Below are positions 1 through 12,745 of a stretch of 41,537 bases of DNA, piece by piece. This DNA comes from Octopus bimaculoides (Eukaryota). A program made the translations under genes and the position numbers. Position 1 is the first letter of the stretch, and every line of letters begins with the position of its first letter. The notes below the pieces were generated by a model. It did not search any database, was not told where the DNA came from, and was given only the letters and a program-made list of their open reading frames with translations. The stretch is taken from assembly GCF_001194135.2 (NCBI RefSeq), contig NC_068987.1:8044090-8085626 (forward strand), written 5' to 3'.

Positions 1-170
1 TATCTTCGAAACGCCGGTGTTAAAACGGGGGTAGCTGATGAAGGAAAATGTTCTCTATGTGGCTTGTGTGTTTTCTGTACTCTGATTATCATTATTTTCT
101 TGTCTACGTTTTGTTTGCAATGTCCTGTACCCAGATATGCACCTATACATACAGGTGGATGTAGGTATGC
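1..170 (+). mobile_element. Possible Penelope-like/hammerhead-associated repeat fragment truncated by window start
   Basis: Starts ATCTTC-GAAAC-GC-C-GGTGTT, resembling the 3' half of a minimal hammerhead (stem II 3' strand, GAAA, stem III, stem I). A CTGATGA follows at 35-41 with no closing GAAA. The 5' half would lie outside the window. Confidence 0.3.
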
Positions 171-202
171 ACATACCTGTACGTATATATGCATATTCTC
201 AT

Positions 203-211
203 TTACTATTT

Positions 212-249
<38 letters not shown>

Positions 250-269
250 GACAGATATATACACACACG

Positions 270-301
<32 letters not shown>

Positions 302-480
302 GTCTATCTACCTATATATACATGTCAGTCTCTCTCTCTCCCTATATATATATATATATGTGTATATATATATATATATATATACACACACATACATACA
401 TATAGCTGTATCTATCCGCGCGCACACACACAAGGCTAATGTTAATGTGTCTGTGTGTGTATGTATATATGCGATGTGTA
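203..480. repeat. Compound (TA)n/(CA)n/(TG)n microsatellite
   Basis: Direct reading. Confidence 0.95.
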
Positions 481-1914
481 GTGTGCGTGAAGGTGTTGAT
501 TTCTCTTTTAAACGATGTGCCATGTAGCATGACATCGTTTTCCGGAGATCACAGTTGAAGTCGGAATCTCCCGTATTCCTCTTTCCCTCTCTCAACTATT
601 GCATCCTGTATTGTCTATAACCACGGAAGCTTGTTAGATTACTATAAAATTACTTCTTTATTCCCACCTTCCTCGTAGCTCTTTAGACATCTTTTTTTTC
701 CTTTCTATTTTTCCCGTGTGTTTCTTTTTTTTCGACGGCATATATTATTTATTTTTATACATTCTTTTCTTGTTCATTTATTTTTTTTATACATTCTTAA
801 AACACACACACACACGTATATATATTTATATATATATATATCATGTGTATATGTAGTTTTCAGTCTGTGAGCGATGCGTGTCTGAATGTGTCAAGAGCTT
901 GTACGCGGAAGTACATGCGGCGGGAAAGCTGTGAACCAAATCAATCCGGAGATTACACACAAAACACATGCAGGCATATATATATACATCGCTGTGTGTA
1001 GGGGTGTTTGTAGTGTATATATAGACAGAAGTGTGCGTCTGTTGAGGGCGTTTGTGGTGTATATAAATTGAAGATTTCGTGCGCGTGTATAACTACAGTT
1101 GGGAGTGTTTACGCGTGTATAATTGTAGTTTGTATGACCGTGCGTATAATATGTATGTAGTCTGTGTATAGTGAATATGTGCGCTTGTGTATGCGCACAT
1201 ATATATATACATGTATGCGCATATATATATATATATATATGTATGTATGCAGTGAATACGTTGGCGTGTGTAGTGTAATTTCGTGTGTGTAATGTTTGTA
1301 AATGTATTTATCATACACAATATATTTTAACCACGAAAATATTTAAATAAATGTCGCAGCACACAGACACGCGCGCACACACAGAAGATGTGTTTGTGTG
1401 TGTGTTTGTGCGTGTGTATAATTTGTATTGTGTGTATATATCGTGTTAAATTTGCTTCAGTGATCATGTAGTTCTGTAATTGATACTGCCGACTGTATTT
1501 TCTTTTGTTATATTAAAACCCGCCTCGTCCCAACATTTCCCCCACTTCCATGCTATCATAAATTGATATATAAGTTGACAACATAAATAATAATAATAAT
1601 AAAAAAAATATATATTTTAACACACAAAAATATCTTCAATAACATCCCACTCCACTTTCTGTATTATTTTATATATTATATTTATATTTACTTATTTATA
1701 CGCATCTGTACACATGGCTTAATAAATAACAAGCAAACATATTCGGAGAAAGAGACACGATGAAATTGCCGTGTTTGTGCCCGTAATGAGCAATGTAAGT
1801 TCGTGTTATGGGGCTGCGGCCATGCTGGGGTAATTGTTGACTTATTTTGTCGACATCGCCTTTTGGAATTAATTGGTTACCGTTTGACATATGGACTACA
1901 AGTCGCCTCATTTA

Positions 1915-2130
1915 TCTGTCTATCTACCTATCTATCTATCTATCTATATATGTATATATACACACACATACAACTATATATATATACATACATCTATTTA
2001 TATATAACTATATATATTTTTATATATAACTATATATATTTATATATATAACTATCTATATATATTTATATATATAACTATCTATATATATTTATAACTA
2101 TATTTATATAACTATATATGTATATTTTAT
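1915..2130. repeat. (TATC)n plus ~20-bp AT-rich minisatellite (TATATATTTATATATAAC-like unit)
   Basis: Repeated ATAACTATATATATTT units. Confidence 0.85.
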
Positions 2131-2206
2131 ATAAGTATATATTTATATATGCATCTATCTACATATACATTGACAAAGATAGATGTATATCCATGTATCT
2201 ATCTAT

Positions 2207-2254
<48 letters not shown>

Positions 2255-2285
2255 CATATATCTATACACGGTGCACCNNNNNNNN

Positions 2286-2370
2286 NNATATACATATATC
2301 TATACACGGTGCACCAGCATGACCGCAGCCACTTGGCTGAAACACATAAATAAATAAATAAATAAATAAA
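2286..2370 (+). mobile_element. SINE 3' end (GGTGCACCAGCATGACCGCAGCC...(TAAA)n tail)
   Basis: Matches the SINE tail seen inverted at 14660-14720. Confidence 0.7.
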
Positions 2371-2433
2371 ATACATTTATATATACATATGACTATATAT
2401 ATATATACATCTATCTATCTATCTATCTGTATA

Positions 2434-2473
<40 letters not shown>

Positions 2474-2483
2474 NNNNNNNNNN

Positions 2484-2517
<34 letters not shown>

Positions 2518-2619
2518 ATAGCGCTCAAGTATGAGAGTATTTAATAAAATTCCCATAAATATGTGTCTGTGTGACTTTGAGTTGATTACATTACGTCCCA
2601 GTTATGTTCCGAAACCTAG

Positions 2620-2756
2620 CGTTTGGAGATATAAGATCGATAAAATAATTAACAACCAATTTAACTAATAGAACAGACGGCACTGTCCCAGCGCGGCCGC
2701 AGTTCAATAAATGAAACTAGCGAAAGAGCTGAAACTAATAAGAGTAAAAGACAACA
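2620..2756 (+). mobile_element. Degenerate SINE 3' portion
   Basis: CCCAGCGCGGCCGCAGT...TGAAACTA...AGTAAAAGA matches tails at 9280-9320 and 19650-19695. Confidence 0.6.
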
Positions 2757-2890
2757 CTTTGTGTGTGTGAGAGAGAGACGATCTTTCGATATTGGTCTAC
2801 TGGGTGTCGGTATGAAGAGATGACGTTATTAACCCCTGTTTTTTTCAGCTTCGCCTTTTTATGTCATGAGGGAAGGTTATGTGTGGGCGA

Positions 2891-2900
2891 ATGACGTCAT
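2891..2900. promoter_or_regulatory. Perfect CRE palindrome ATGACGTCAT
   Basis: TGACGTCA at 2892-2899 in CpG-rich unique sequence, with a half-site at ~2820. Motif only, function unproven. Confidence 0.3.
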
Positions 2901-2920
2901 GTACCAATACCGAAGGATTG

Positions 2921-3004
<84 letters not shown>

Positions 3005-3539
3005 ATATATTGTGGTGTTATATTTATGTAGTTCACAATGTTTAGTGTGTGGTGTACGTGTCGGCAGAGTTTATAAAATGTCTTTCGTTTTACTCTTTTT
3101 AACAACGAAGTAAGCGAGAAAGAATGAAATTGCGAAGATCAGAAACTAATAACAATAATAATAATAGGATATCAATGAAAGATAGTTTAAGACATAAAAA
3201 AAATATTCCTGAAAGAAAGAGCTACGACTATGGTCTTTAAAGGACGGAGAAGGGATAAAAGGGTGAATAAGGAGTGTCCCTAGAAGAGGGGGTACGGAAA
3301 TGATTCCATAAAGAATAAAATCAAGAATAAATCTAGAACGGTGCAGAAAATTGCTCTGCGGGAGTGGCGCGCAAATTGTGTCGGTTCCGTCGTATGGTTT
3401 TTATCATTGTTTTATTATCTACACACACACACTTACACACCCTGCTCTCTTATCTTTTACATTACCCGCATTTTATTGGTTCCAGCTCTCATTCTCTCTC
3501 TCGTTTCTCCATATCTCTTGTCATACATTCTAGCACTAT

Positions 3540-4009
3540 AATGTATGTACACGATGTATGTATGCGTATATGTGCATGTATGTGTATGTATGTATCTATG
3601 TATGTATGAGTGCTTGTGTGTGTATATGTATGTTTGTGCAATTTTGTAGGTGTATGTGTATATATGTTTATATATATAGATATATATATAATGTATGTGT
3701 AATATATACATACATACATGTATGTATATATAGTGTATTGTAGAATAAACGTCACTGTACCTACTTTGAGCATAGAAAACTGCAGTGAAGCCGATATTGT
3801 CTCGACACACGCACGCACACACATTCACAAATGTGCATTTATTACGTGTGCACTTTTCTTTTTTTTTATTATTCGTACACAAAATTCACGTTTACATCCA
3901 CACACACACACACATATACACAAATACATATATACGATCCTCATACAAACACACACGCACACACATTCACACAAACACACAGATATGTACACCACAGGCA
4001 CAGCTATAT

Positions 4010-4040
<31 letters not shown>

Positions 4041-4090
4041 CATGCATACACACACACAGATAAGTACACCACACGCACATATATCTACAT

Positions 4091-4123
<33 letters not shown>

Positions 4124-4250
4124 CATGCATACACACACATATACATACATATATATACATACGCAAATACACAACCACAACATATATATATATATATATA
4201 CACACACACACGCGCAAATACACACATACACACGCGCGCGCACCGTGCAT
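3540..4250. repeat. Compound (TATG)n/(CA)n/(TA)n microsatellite field
   Basis: Direct reading; source of many spurious ORFs. Confidence 0.95.
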
Positions 4251-5289
4251 ATACCCGGTTCGTTAATGGCTGTTGGCGCTAGCCAGCCAACTGCGTCTTA
4301 ATGTCAATACTCTTTTGAACTTGGCCTGTCTAGTCAGATTTTTTTCCCGTTTCCCCTAACTCCTCCTTTAACATCTTTTTTCTACTTCTTCTTGTCGATC
4401 GTATTTCTCGGCTTTTTTTTTCTTCTTTTCCATTTGTTTTTTTTCAATCGTAGACTTTTTTTTTCTTTTACTATTCTTTTTCTCACGAGTTCCTCCTCCA
4501 CCTCCGCCGCCAACACTTTCATCACCTCTTCACGTCCGGCCAAACCAACCCCCCAAACTCTTCCGTTCTTTATCCAACCCCGTCGTTTAAATAGCGTCTT
4601 TATTTGTATGTTTATTGCTTTATTGAATACGATGTATGTATGCGTGTATGTATGTATGTATGTATGTATAACTGCAAATATAAAATGTTTATACGTACAC
4701 ACATATGACTGTGAATAGTTTTCATACATACACATACATATACACGTGTGTGTATGTGTGTAAAACGTGGATGATCTGTACGTATGTGTGTGTGTGTCTG
4801 AATAAATCAGTGTTGGCGAAAATTCGAAGTTACTATCAAATAATGAATATTAAAAACTCACTATGATCACGTATTGAATCCTACATTCAATACGTTATTT
4901 CTGTTTCTGAAAAACCACTTTATTTTAGAATATTACATGTGGTTTTTCTATATACAATAACATAATATATGCGTATGCATTGATGTAAATTACATATTTA
5001 TGTGTACATGTATATATATATATATATATATATTCCAAACATATTTAATAAACAAACATGTATGTATGTATATATAAAAAGAATATATATATATATATAT
5101 ATGTGAACGTGACCCCGTAAACTTCGGAGCAATATGTCGATGTGTATGTAATTCACATGCAGTCATCAACCGGCCTGTATCTAATCTTCGCTTGCTTTTT
5201 TTTTTTATTTTTAAAGAGATTTTTTTTCTCCGTTTATATTTGTTGTTTCTTTTTATAAAATATAAGTAGTTACACACGCACACAACGGC

Positions 5290-5339
<50 letters not shown>

Positions 5340-5569
5340 CATCTCCCACATATAATAATAATAATATCTGCTATAACATAGAGACAAGACAGCGATGATT
5401 AACACACGCACATGCATCCATGTGCGTGTGTATTGATGTGTGATAAGCTGTGACGGCGTCGTGGTCGTTTTAAAAGTGTGCACTTGCTCATTCTCTGCTC
5501 TGGTAACCGTGACTGCCAACCCCCCCTCTCTAGACCACACGCAGCGATTAGTGTACGCTAGCAAGGGGA

Positions 5570-5647
5570 TTGTGTACGTGTGTATGTGTCTGTGTGTGTT
5601 TGTGTGTGTGTATGTATGTATCTATATACATATATGTAAAAGGTTGA

Positions 5648-5699
<52 letters not shown>

Positions 5700-5900
5700 T
5701 GTGTGTGTAGATAGATATGTGTATAATATATAGATACGTATATGTGCTTATTTATGTATGTTTATATATATTTGTGTATGTGCGTGGATATATATGCATG
5801 TGTGTATATATAGGCATGTATGTGCGTAATATATATGCGTGTGTGTGTATATATATACGTTTGTATTCATGTTTGTATATATGTGCGTAATATATATGTA

Positions 5901-5932
<32 letters not shown>

Positions 5933-5945
5933 CGTATGTGTGTGT

Positions 5946-5983
<38 letters not shown>

Positions 5984-6115
5984 GCATGTAGATATGTATA
6001 TATACATGTGTGTATGTGATCGTTGCTTGTCTCCGCCGTCTTTGCTGCGTGTTGATAGTGCAATGGATGTATGTGTGTCTGTATGTATAATGTATGTGTA
6101 TGTGTGAGTATGAAT
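5570..6115. repeat. Compound (TG)n/(TA)n microsatellite field
   Basis: Direct reading. Confidence 0.95.
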
Positions 6116-6299
6116 GGGCCTGTCTATATATATGTATGTGCGTGTGTGTGTACAGATGAATATGGTGGAGGAGGAGGTGCAGCGGCGGCGGTGGTGGTGG
6201 TGGGGGGTAAGATAAACGGTAGCAGTGTTATAAATGCAGAGAGGGGAGGAGCAGGAGGCGGGCAGGCAGGCAGGCAGGCTGACACTGGGTGTCTGTGTG

Positions 6300-6342
6300 C
6301 GTAACGCGAAGAAAGCGCCGACGACGATGACAACGATTCCCG

Positions 6343-6381
<39 letters not shown>

Positions 6382-6520
6382 TTCTCTTTAATATAAAAGG
6401 TCGGAACGTAACGAACGGAACGGAACAGCATGACGCTTCGCGGCGCGCCTCCCGTGATCCCTCCCTCTCTCTCTGCGTGGGAGCGCGCGCTTTATCGCTT
6501 CGTTTAAGCCCTCCTCCTCC
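6300..6520 (+). promoter_or_regulatory. Candidate Pol II core promoter in CpG-rich island: (CT)n tract, TATAAAAG, GC-rich downstream leader
   Basis: TATAAAAG at 6392-6399 just after (CT)n. Dense CpG (GCGGCGCGCC, GCGCGCGC) at 6430-6500; GGA/GGC/GGT-rich tract upstream at 6160-6290. Confidence 0.45.
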
Positions 6521-6808
6521 TCCTCTCACCACCGTCACCACCACCACCTTATCTTTTCTGCTCCTTGCTTTTTCATTCATTTCCTTCTCCGTTTCGCCGC
6601 TTTTCTTCCGTCCTTCCTTCCTTCCTTCCTTCCTTCCTTTTTGACACCTTTTTTTATTTGCTTCTTTTTTAACTTTTTTCTTTTTCGCTCTCGTCAACGT
6701 CGTCAATAGTTTTTTTTCTCTCTTTTTCTCTCCCTCTCTTCCCCAATTCCATACGCCTCTCTCTCTCTTTAACTCTCTTTCTCTCTCTTTAACTCTCTCT
6801 CTCTCTTT

Positions 6809-6848
<40 letters not shown>

Positions 6849-8130
6849 AACTCTCTCTCTCTCTCTTTAACTCTCTCTCTTCTCTTTAACTCGCACTTTG
6901 TCGCCTTGTCTCCCACTCATTCTCTCTCTCTCTCTCTCTCCTGTTCACTCGTTCTGTCTTTCTTTCTTTCTTTCCCTCCCGTTCTATCTCTCTCGTTCTT
7001 TCTCTCTCTCGTTACTTAACATTTTATTTCCCATCTTCGTCTCTCCATCTCACCTGTTTGCCGTTCAGTGCTTGTTCCCCACTCAGCCTCCAGCCAATAG
7101 GCCAATTGCAAATATATCTATAATTGTTTCTTCTACTTTTATACACATATATATTTTTTATACATACAGCATTTCTTTTTTAGTCTCTAAAATAACAGAA
7201 AAAGACCAAAGAAAATGCAACCAGCTGGTTTCTCGTGATCACACTGATGCCGATAATATAACAAACACCTCCGGTGAGCATTCTGTCTCGCTCGCCTCTT
7301 CGCCTCTCTCATTATCTCCATTTCTCGGCATTTTCTCTCCAAGTGTTTATTTTCTCTATCGATCGACCCCCATTTTCTCTCCTTTCTCGGTATTTTCACA
7401 TAGCCACCATTTATTAAAAATCATTCTCCCGCATTTTCCCACTCACCCTCTCTCACTCCATCTTTATATTTTTGTTATTATATATTTTCCGCTCCCTTGA
7501 TCTCCGACTTCCCTTGGGTTCGTCCCGTTTACCAATTTTACTATTTTTCTCACGTCTGATCACCATTTCTGTTTTTTACCTTCTGCTATTCAACCAACGT
7601 ATATCCCTATCTCTTCTAGCTTTTTCGTATATATAAGTAAGTTACACACGCACACTTCTAGCTTTCGGCTTTTGTCAACACCACCTCCAGCTTCGATCAC
7701 CATGGATTTGGATTCTTACTCCTTTTCCTCTTTTTTTTTTCTCTCTCTCTTTCTGTTTTCGATCACCATATCGTGTTTATTTCACGTTGTTCCGGTTTCG
7801 ATTTTCGCGTATCTCCTCCTTCTTTCTCTCTTTTTATCTTTCCCTATCTCTGTCTATATTGCGTGCGCGTCGCAACACTTATTTTCTTTTCTTCTTCTCT
7901 CCCTCTCCTCCCCTCTCTCTCTCTCCTCAAAGCTCATCACTTCTATTTCTCCTCCCACTCCTTCCTCTCCGTTACTGTCTCTTTTCCTTCCACCCCTACC
8001 TCCATTTTTATATTTCCTCATTTCCAACCCACCCCCTTTTTTCCGATTGCCATGTTCCCGCCCTCTTTCTCTGTCAGCTCATTCTCTTTCTCTCTCTCTC
8101 TCCCTCTCTCTCTCTCTCTGCCAGCTTCTC
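6345..8130 (+). repeat. ~1.8-kb pyrimidine-biased region incl. (CT)n punctuated by TTTAA (6760-6890)
   Basis: Direct reading. Confidence 0.85.
7184..7273 (+). other. Candidate internal exon (acceptor after 7183 or 7198; donor CCG|GTGAGC)
   Basis: TTTCTTTTTTAG and TAACAG acceptors give 90 or 75 nt, both multiples of 3. The phase-1 frame is open (VSKITEKDQRKCNQLVSRDHTDADNITNTSG). Confidence 0.35.
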
Positions 8131-8289
8131 TTTATGTCCGTGCAAGTCAACAGCAACACAAAATAATATAAATCCTTAATGTTACACTTCACACACACCG
8201 GAAAGATGCTTTTAAAGAGAATATGTTTCTCCACTTGCCAATATCCGTGCGTGCGTGTGTTTTCAAGTGTATATTTACACGCCCGCCTA

Positions 8290-8324
<35 letters not shown>

Positions 8325-8963
8325 NNNNNNNNNNNNNNNNNNNNNNNNNNNNNNNNNNTAGGGAGTCTTGGAGTGTAACGTTTGCAATACTTGTGTATAT
8401 GTCATTTTCCTGTTAGATGATTCAAATTTGCTCTGACCATTTTATATTCTTACTCTATAGACAAAGCCACACACTGGACACTCCTTTCTTTCTTTATTTC
8501 TTTATCTAATTTTTCTATCACGAACGTACCGGGGATGGCCGTCATACATACACTTCTATTAAACTGCCGGAAATATCTCAATGCTGAGTTCAAAATCCAG
8601 CTGGGTTCAGGGTTTGTGTTGCATTCTTCCGGGATCGTACAAAACCTATTAGATCGATTATAAAACATTGCCTTCTCCGAAAATTGCTTTTATAGACACA
8701 CTAAAGAAATGCTTGCTTTCATAACAACATACTCGCGTGTGTGTGTTGTAATTTTCGAAGACTTCTTCTGTCCAAGACGGGAAACAAATAATTGAATCGA
8801 GATATTTTGGTTGTGAGCCATTCCATGACGATGCTTTATGGCAGGAATGTGTCACAAGCTTGATTCGCGGTCACCATGCCTTTTTCCTTTCTTTTAGTCT
8901 CAGTAAGAAATTCTTTCACTTCATTTTGCTCAACTGATGTATTTTTATTTTTTTCTAATAGAC

Positions 8964-9322
8964 GCAGGTGTAGCTGTTAAGAATTCTGCTTTCCAACCAT
9001 ACGATTTCGGGTTCAGTCCCACTGCGTTTTCCACCACAGCCCCGGGCTCTCTCTCTCATATTAGTATTTAGCAGAAGCAACACAGTGACTCAAGGGCCGA
9101 TAGCTTCGTGTATTGCCACTTATCAACCGTGTGTGCATGTGCTATTGTGGTTTTCTTCCATCATCGCTTGGCAGCCAGTGTGGTACGTTTACGCCCCCGT
9201 AACTTAGCGGTTCGACAAAAAAGAAACTAACAGAAGTATCCGGCTTTAAAAAGAAGTACCGGGTTCGATTCGTTTAAGGCTGTGCCCCCAGCATGACCGC
9301 AATGTATTGACTGTAAAACGAT
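8964..9322 (+). mobile_element. Old tRNA-headed CORE-like SINE (here family B), CpG retained
   Basis: Head GGGTTCAGTCCCACTGCG, body CGTAACTTAGCGGTTCG, tail CCCCAGCATGACCGCA; homologous to 21998-22475 and 18860-19695. Confidence 0.75.
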
Positions 9323-10464
9323 ATATTTATCATAGTATGTATAATGAATTCCTCTCCCCAGCGCGGTGCTCAAGCTTTTTACACATCTTCTATATCTGGT
9401 GCAGACTCAAATATTCAGCTGTTATTAAATAATCATAAGATTAGATTTATATTGCTGTTCACTCAATCACCTTGGTTCTGGTTATATATATTCACAGTCG
9501 TTATTATGTAATGTAATACATAATAATAGGTTTTTCACGTAAGTCATTTCAGAGTATAGTCTCATTGAATGGGTACTTGGACTCTATGGGAATCCAAATG
9601 GCTTAAAATCTATCGTTAATATAGCTTTACACACGATGGCAGTTACATTGTGTGTTAGAGAGTAACAGACCATGAATCACACGGTCTTAATGCAGTTGTT
9701 GTTGCTAAACAACGAAGCTAAAATGATTTGGTCCGGACATCGATGTAGAGAGACATGTCGTTTAAATTAATCCGCGGTGGTATATACGCTGTGTAATTGT
9801 TGTTGGTTTATCCCCAGTGGACCTTTATGTTGCAGGCTTATTACCAAAGGCTTTCCAACCGTGACCTCTCAGCCTTTTTATTATTTTTTTTTTTTTGCCA
9901 GCGTGTCCTATCCAAGAGATCGGGTTATACCTACACAAGCTTGCTCCTTACTGACTTTGTTTCGTCATAACTTGAAAAAAAAAATGTTTTCTAATGAAAT
10001 TTTCTACAAATACCTTTCAAGTGGTCTTTGTTTTAATTATATCGGAATTTAATGTGGGGGGAAAGAATCTTTTTTAAACCCTGGGCGTGCACCCAATATT
10101 ATCTCAGGTAGCCTTTGTAGGCTGCATTCATTGTTTCTACTTCACGGATTTTCACCTATTGTGAAAGAAGCCCGTTGTGTGTGTGTGCGTTTTAATGCAA
10201 TAGAAACAATTGTTGGCTTTATAAGGTGAGATCTTTAATGAAGATGTAATTTTCTTTTTACGCATTTTATGTTGTCAAATACTCTGAATTTCTCGAAATT
10301 CTGCCGACGGATATTTGGATTTACCTGTCATGCACGAGAATTTACCTGGGGTTTGTATTCTACTTACATTTACTGGTGTCTAATTGTTGAATATTGTTAA
10401 CCAAATTCTTTTAATAGTGAGCACTTTATTGATATCTACCTTGGTTTTTAATCCTGTTTTTCTC

Positions 10465-10516
<52 letters not shown>

Positions 10517-10526
10517 NNNNNNNNNN

Positions 10527-10563
<37 letters not shown>

Positions 10564-11333
10564 TGTGTGTTTATCCCTGATATGACAAAATTCTTCAAGG
10601 TAATGTTGTAGCATGGTTGCAGTTTAATGACTGAAATAGGTAAAAAAATGAAGTGACTACCTTTGTTAATTAAACTGAGTTTAATTACTCTTTGATGGTA
10701 TATTTTGTAAACTTAAACTGGCAACTTCAGAATCTTTGTAGACACTCAGGAATTCCACACATATAATGTAAATAATTTATGAGCCAATGAAGGAGCTTAT
10801 GATTACTAAAATTAATTAAACAAACTCGACTATTGTATTATTGTATATTTTATGAACAAAACACCATGCTTAAAGAATTTTAGGAAACCTTAACGATTTC
10901 AGTGTGTAGTTTTCTTTGGCCGTTCTGTGTTGTTACCAAATTTGCTGTGAGATACGGAGGATATCGAATCTAAATGAATAAAATTGCAAATATGGACACC
11001 TCAGATCCCAAACAACTGTAGACTTGCTAGATAGTAGAGATAAAACATAGTATATAGATAATTTACACTGAGGAGATGTAAGTTCTAGTTTCACTTAGTT
11101 GTTTTGGTTTTGAATCTTTCATTAGCTTTATGAATGCGTACAATGACACTTGCTTGAATGTAAATGCAATCACGTACTGTTTAGATCTGGTTCATCCATT
11201 AATGAAGGAATGTGAAATATCTTGTTACAGAGACATAGATTCATGCAGTTATACTCATCTCTCTCTGTTTATTTATCTATCCGACCAGAGAGAGATATAG
11301 AGTTTTATATAGATAAACACACACAAACACACA

Positions 11334-11377
<44 letters not shown>

Positions 11378-11422
11378 AAACACACATCATATATATATAT
11401 ATACGCATACACAGTATATATA

Positions 11423-11475
<53 letters not shown>

Positions 11476-11500
11476 CACGCATCATATATATACACACATA

Positions 11501-11546
<46 letters not shown>

Positions 11547-11756
11547 TGGCTGCTTATTTATAATCTTTGCTCTTTAGGTTAAGTCTGTTAATTTGGCTGG
11601 TCAAAGTTGTGATTTCACTCTGGCGTAGTGATTAGCACAGCTTGTATGTGTGTGTGTGTGTGTGTGTGTGGATAATGCCACATTTTAATCCTCCCCCCAC
11701 CTCTCAAAAGTCATAATTCCTGCAATCAAGCAAAGCACACTAAGGCAGCAAGCTTG

Positions 11757-12025
11757 TAGAATCATTATCACGCCAAAGAAAATGCTTAACAGCATTTCTT
11801 TTGGTTTTATATTCCAAGTTCAAATTCCACCAAGATTGTTTATTTTTTTTATTTATCATTTATGTATTTTTTTGGGCCCTTTCATCCTTTCTGGGTTGAT
11901 AAAATAGGTACCAGTTGAGCACTGGAGTGGGTAGGGGTGACGTAATCAACTGGCCCCCTCCCCACAAAAATTTCAGGCCTTGTATCTTTAGTAGAAAGGA
12001 GTATGCCTAAACTCCTATCTTAGGG
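11757..12025 (+). mobile_element. SINE family A, degenerate
   Basis: AGCTTGTAGAATC head, AGTTCAAATTCCACC B-box-like, GTACCAGTT...AGGCCTTGTATCTTTAGTAGAAAGGA tail. Confidence 0.75.
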
Positions 12026-12396
12026 CAATTCTGTTAGCTAATCAAGTGTGTGTGTGTTATCTCTTATTTATTCAGTATACTACAATATATGTATATGTTT
12101 AGAAACATACACAGCCTTGCTGTAAAATGAGACTTTATGATGTTCTTCTAGCTTTTGGCAACACTTGAAGGGTATCAAACAACTGCAGTTTTGTAATTAT
12201 TCTTCCTCAGTCTTCCAGCTTGCTATATGTAATATCAAGAGAAAAATAAGCATACAGTTACATAGAAAATATTTCTTGGCATTTTTCTTCTGTCTAAGCT
12301 AATTTGCATGCTGGCACCATAAAAAAAAATTTGAAGAGCTGATATACAAATGAATTTGCTATAAAGTAGTCTTAATTCATTGCCTGGTTTAATTAA

Positions 12397-12616
12397 CCCT
12401 TTAGCATTTAATCTAGTCTTGTCCAGCCCAAATACCCTACCTGTTTTATGTTGAAATCAGCCAGATCCAGCCTCTCACACCTATCCTACAATGTCACTCT
12501 AAAAATATACAATGATGTCATTGAAATTTGAAGGTTGCGAGATAATGTATGAATAATCCAAAACAATGTGAAGAATTTAGTCACACATTTGACCAAGTAA
12601 TCTGAATGCTAAAGGG
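12397..12616. mobile_element. piggyBac-type MITE family 1
   Basis: TTAA|CCCTTTAGCATT...AATGCTAAAGGG|TTAA: perfect 12-bp TIR, TTAA TSD, 220 bp. Confidence 0.9.
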
Positions 12617-12620
12617 TTAA

Positions 12621-12745
12621 CCCTTTTGTTACCCTATTTCTGTTGAAATAGTCTCTGTATTTCAATTAATTTTTGAAATAATGAATAAAAATCTACTAAA
12701 ATATCTTGGCCATTATTAAGCTGCTAATTGGAAGGTTAATGGGAA
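12621..12745. mobile_element. piggyBac-type MITE family 2 fragment sharing the TTAA with the previous element
   Basis: CCCTTTTGTTACC...TATTTCTGTTGAAAT matches the reverse complement of the ends at 26060-26187 and 24269-24490. Confidence 0.7.

Noticed and set aside
2255-2310. Direct duplications flanking 10-N gaps (also 22297-22320 and the third unit at 27682-27738)
   Set aside because: Overlapping contig ends; likely scaffolding artefacts
64-6107. Many ORFs rich in YI/HT/CV
   Set aside because: Translations of (TA)n, (CA)n and (TG)n microsatellites, which lack stops in several frames
5867-6916. 349-aa minus-strand ORF (ER/KE-rich)
   Set aside because: Antisense read of (CT)n and polypyrimidine tracts; low complexity, no domain
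6898-8179. 130-200-aa S/L/F-rich ORFs
   Set aside because: Polypyrimidine sequence is stop-poor; no recognisable protein
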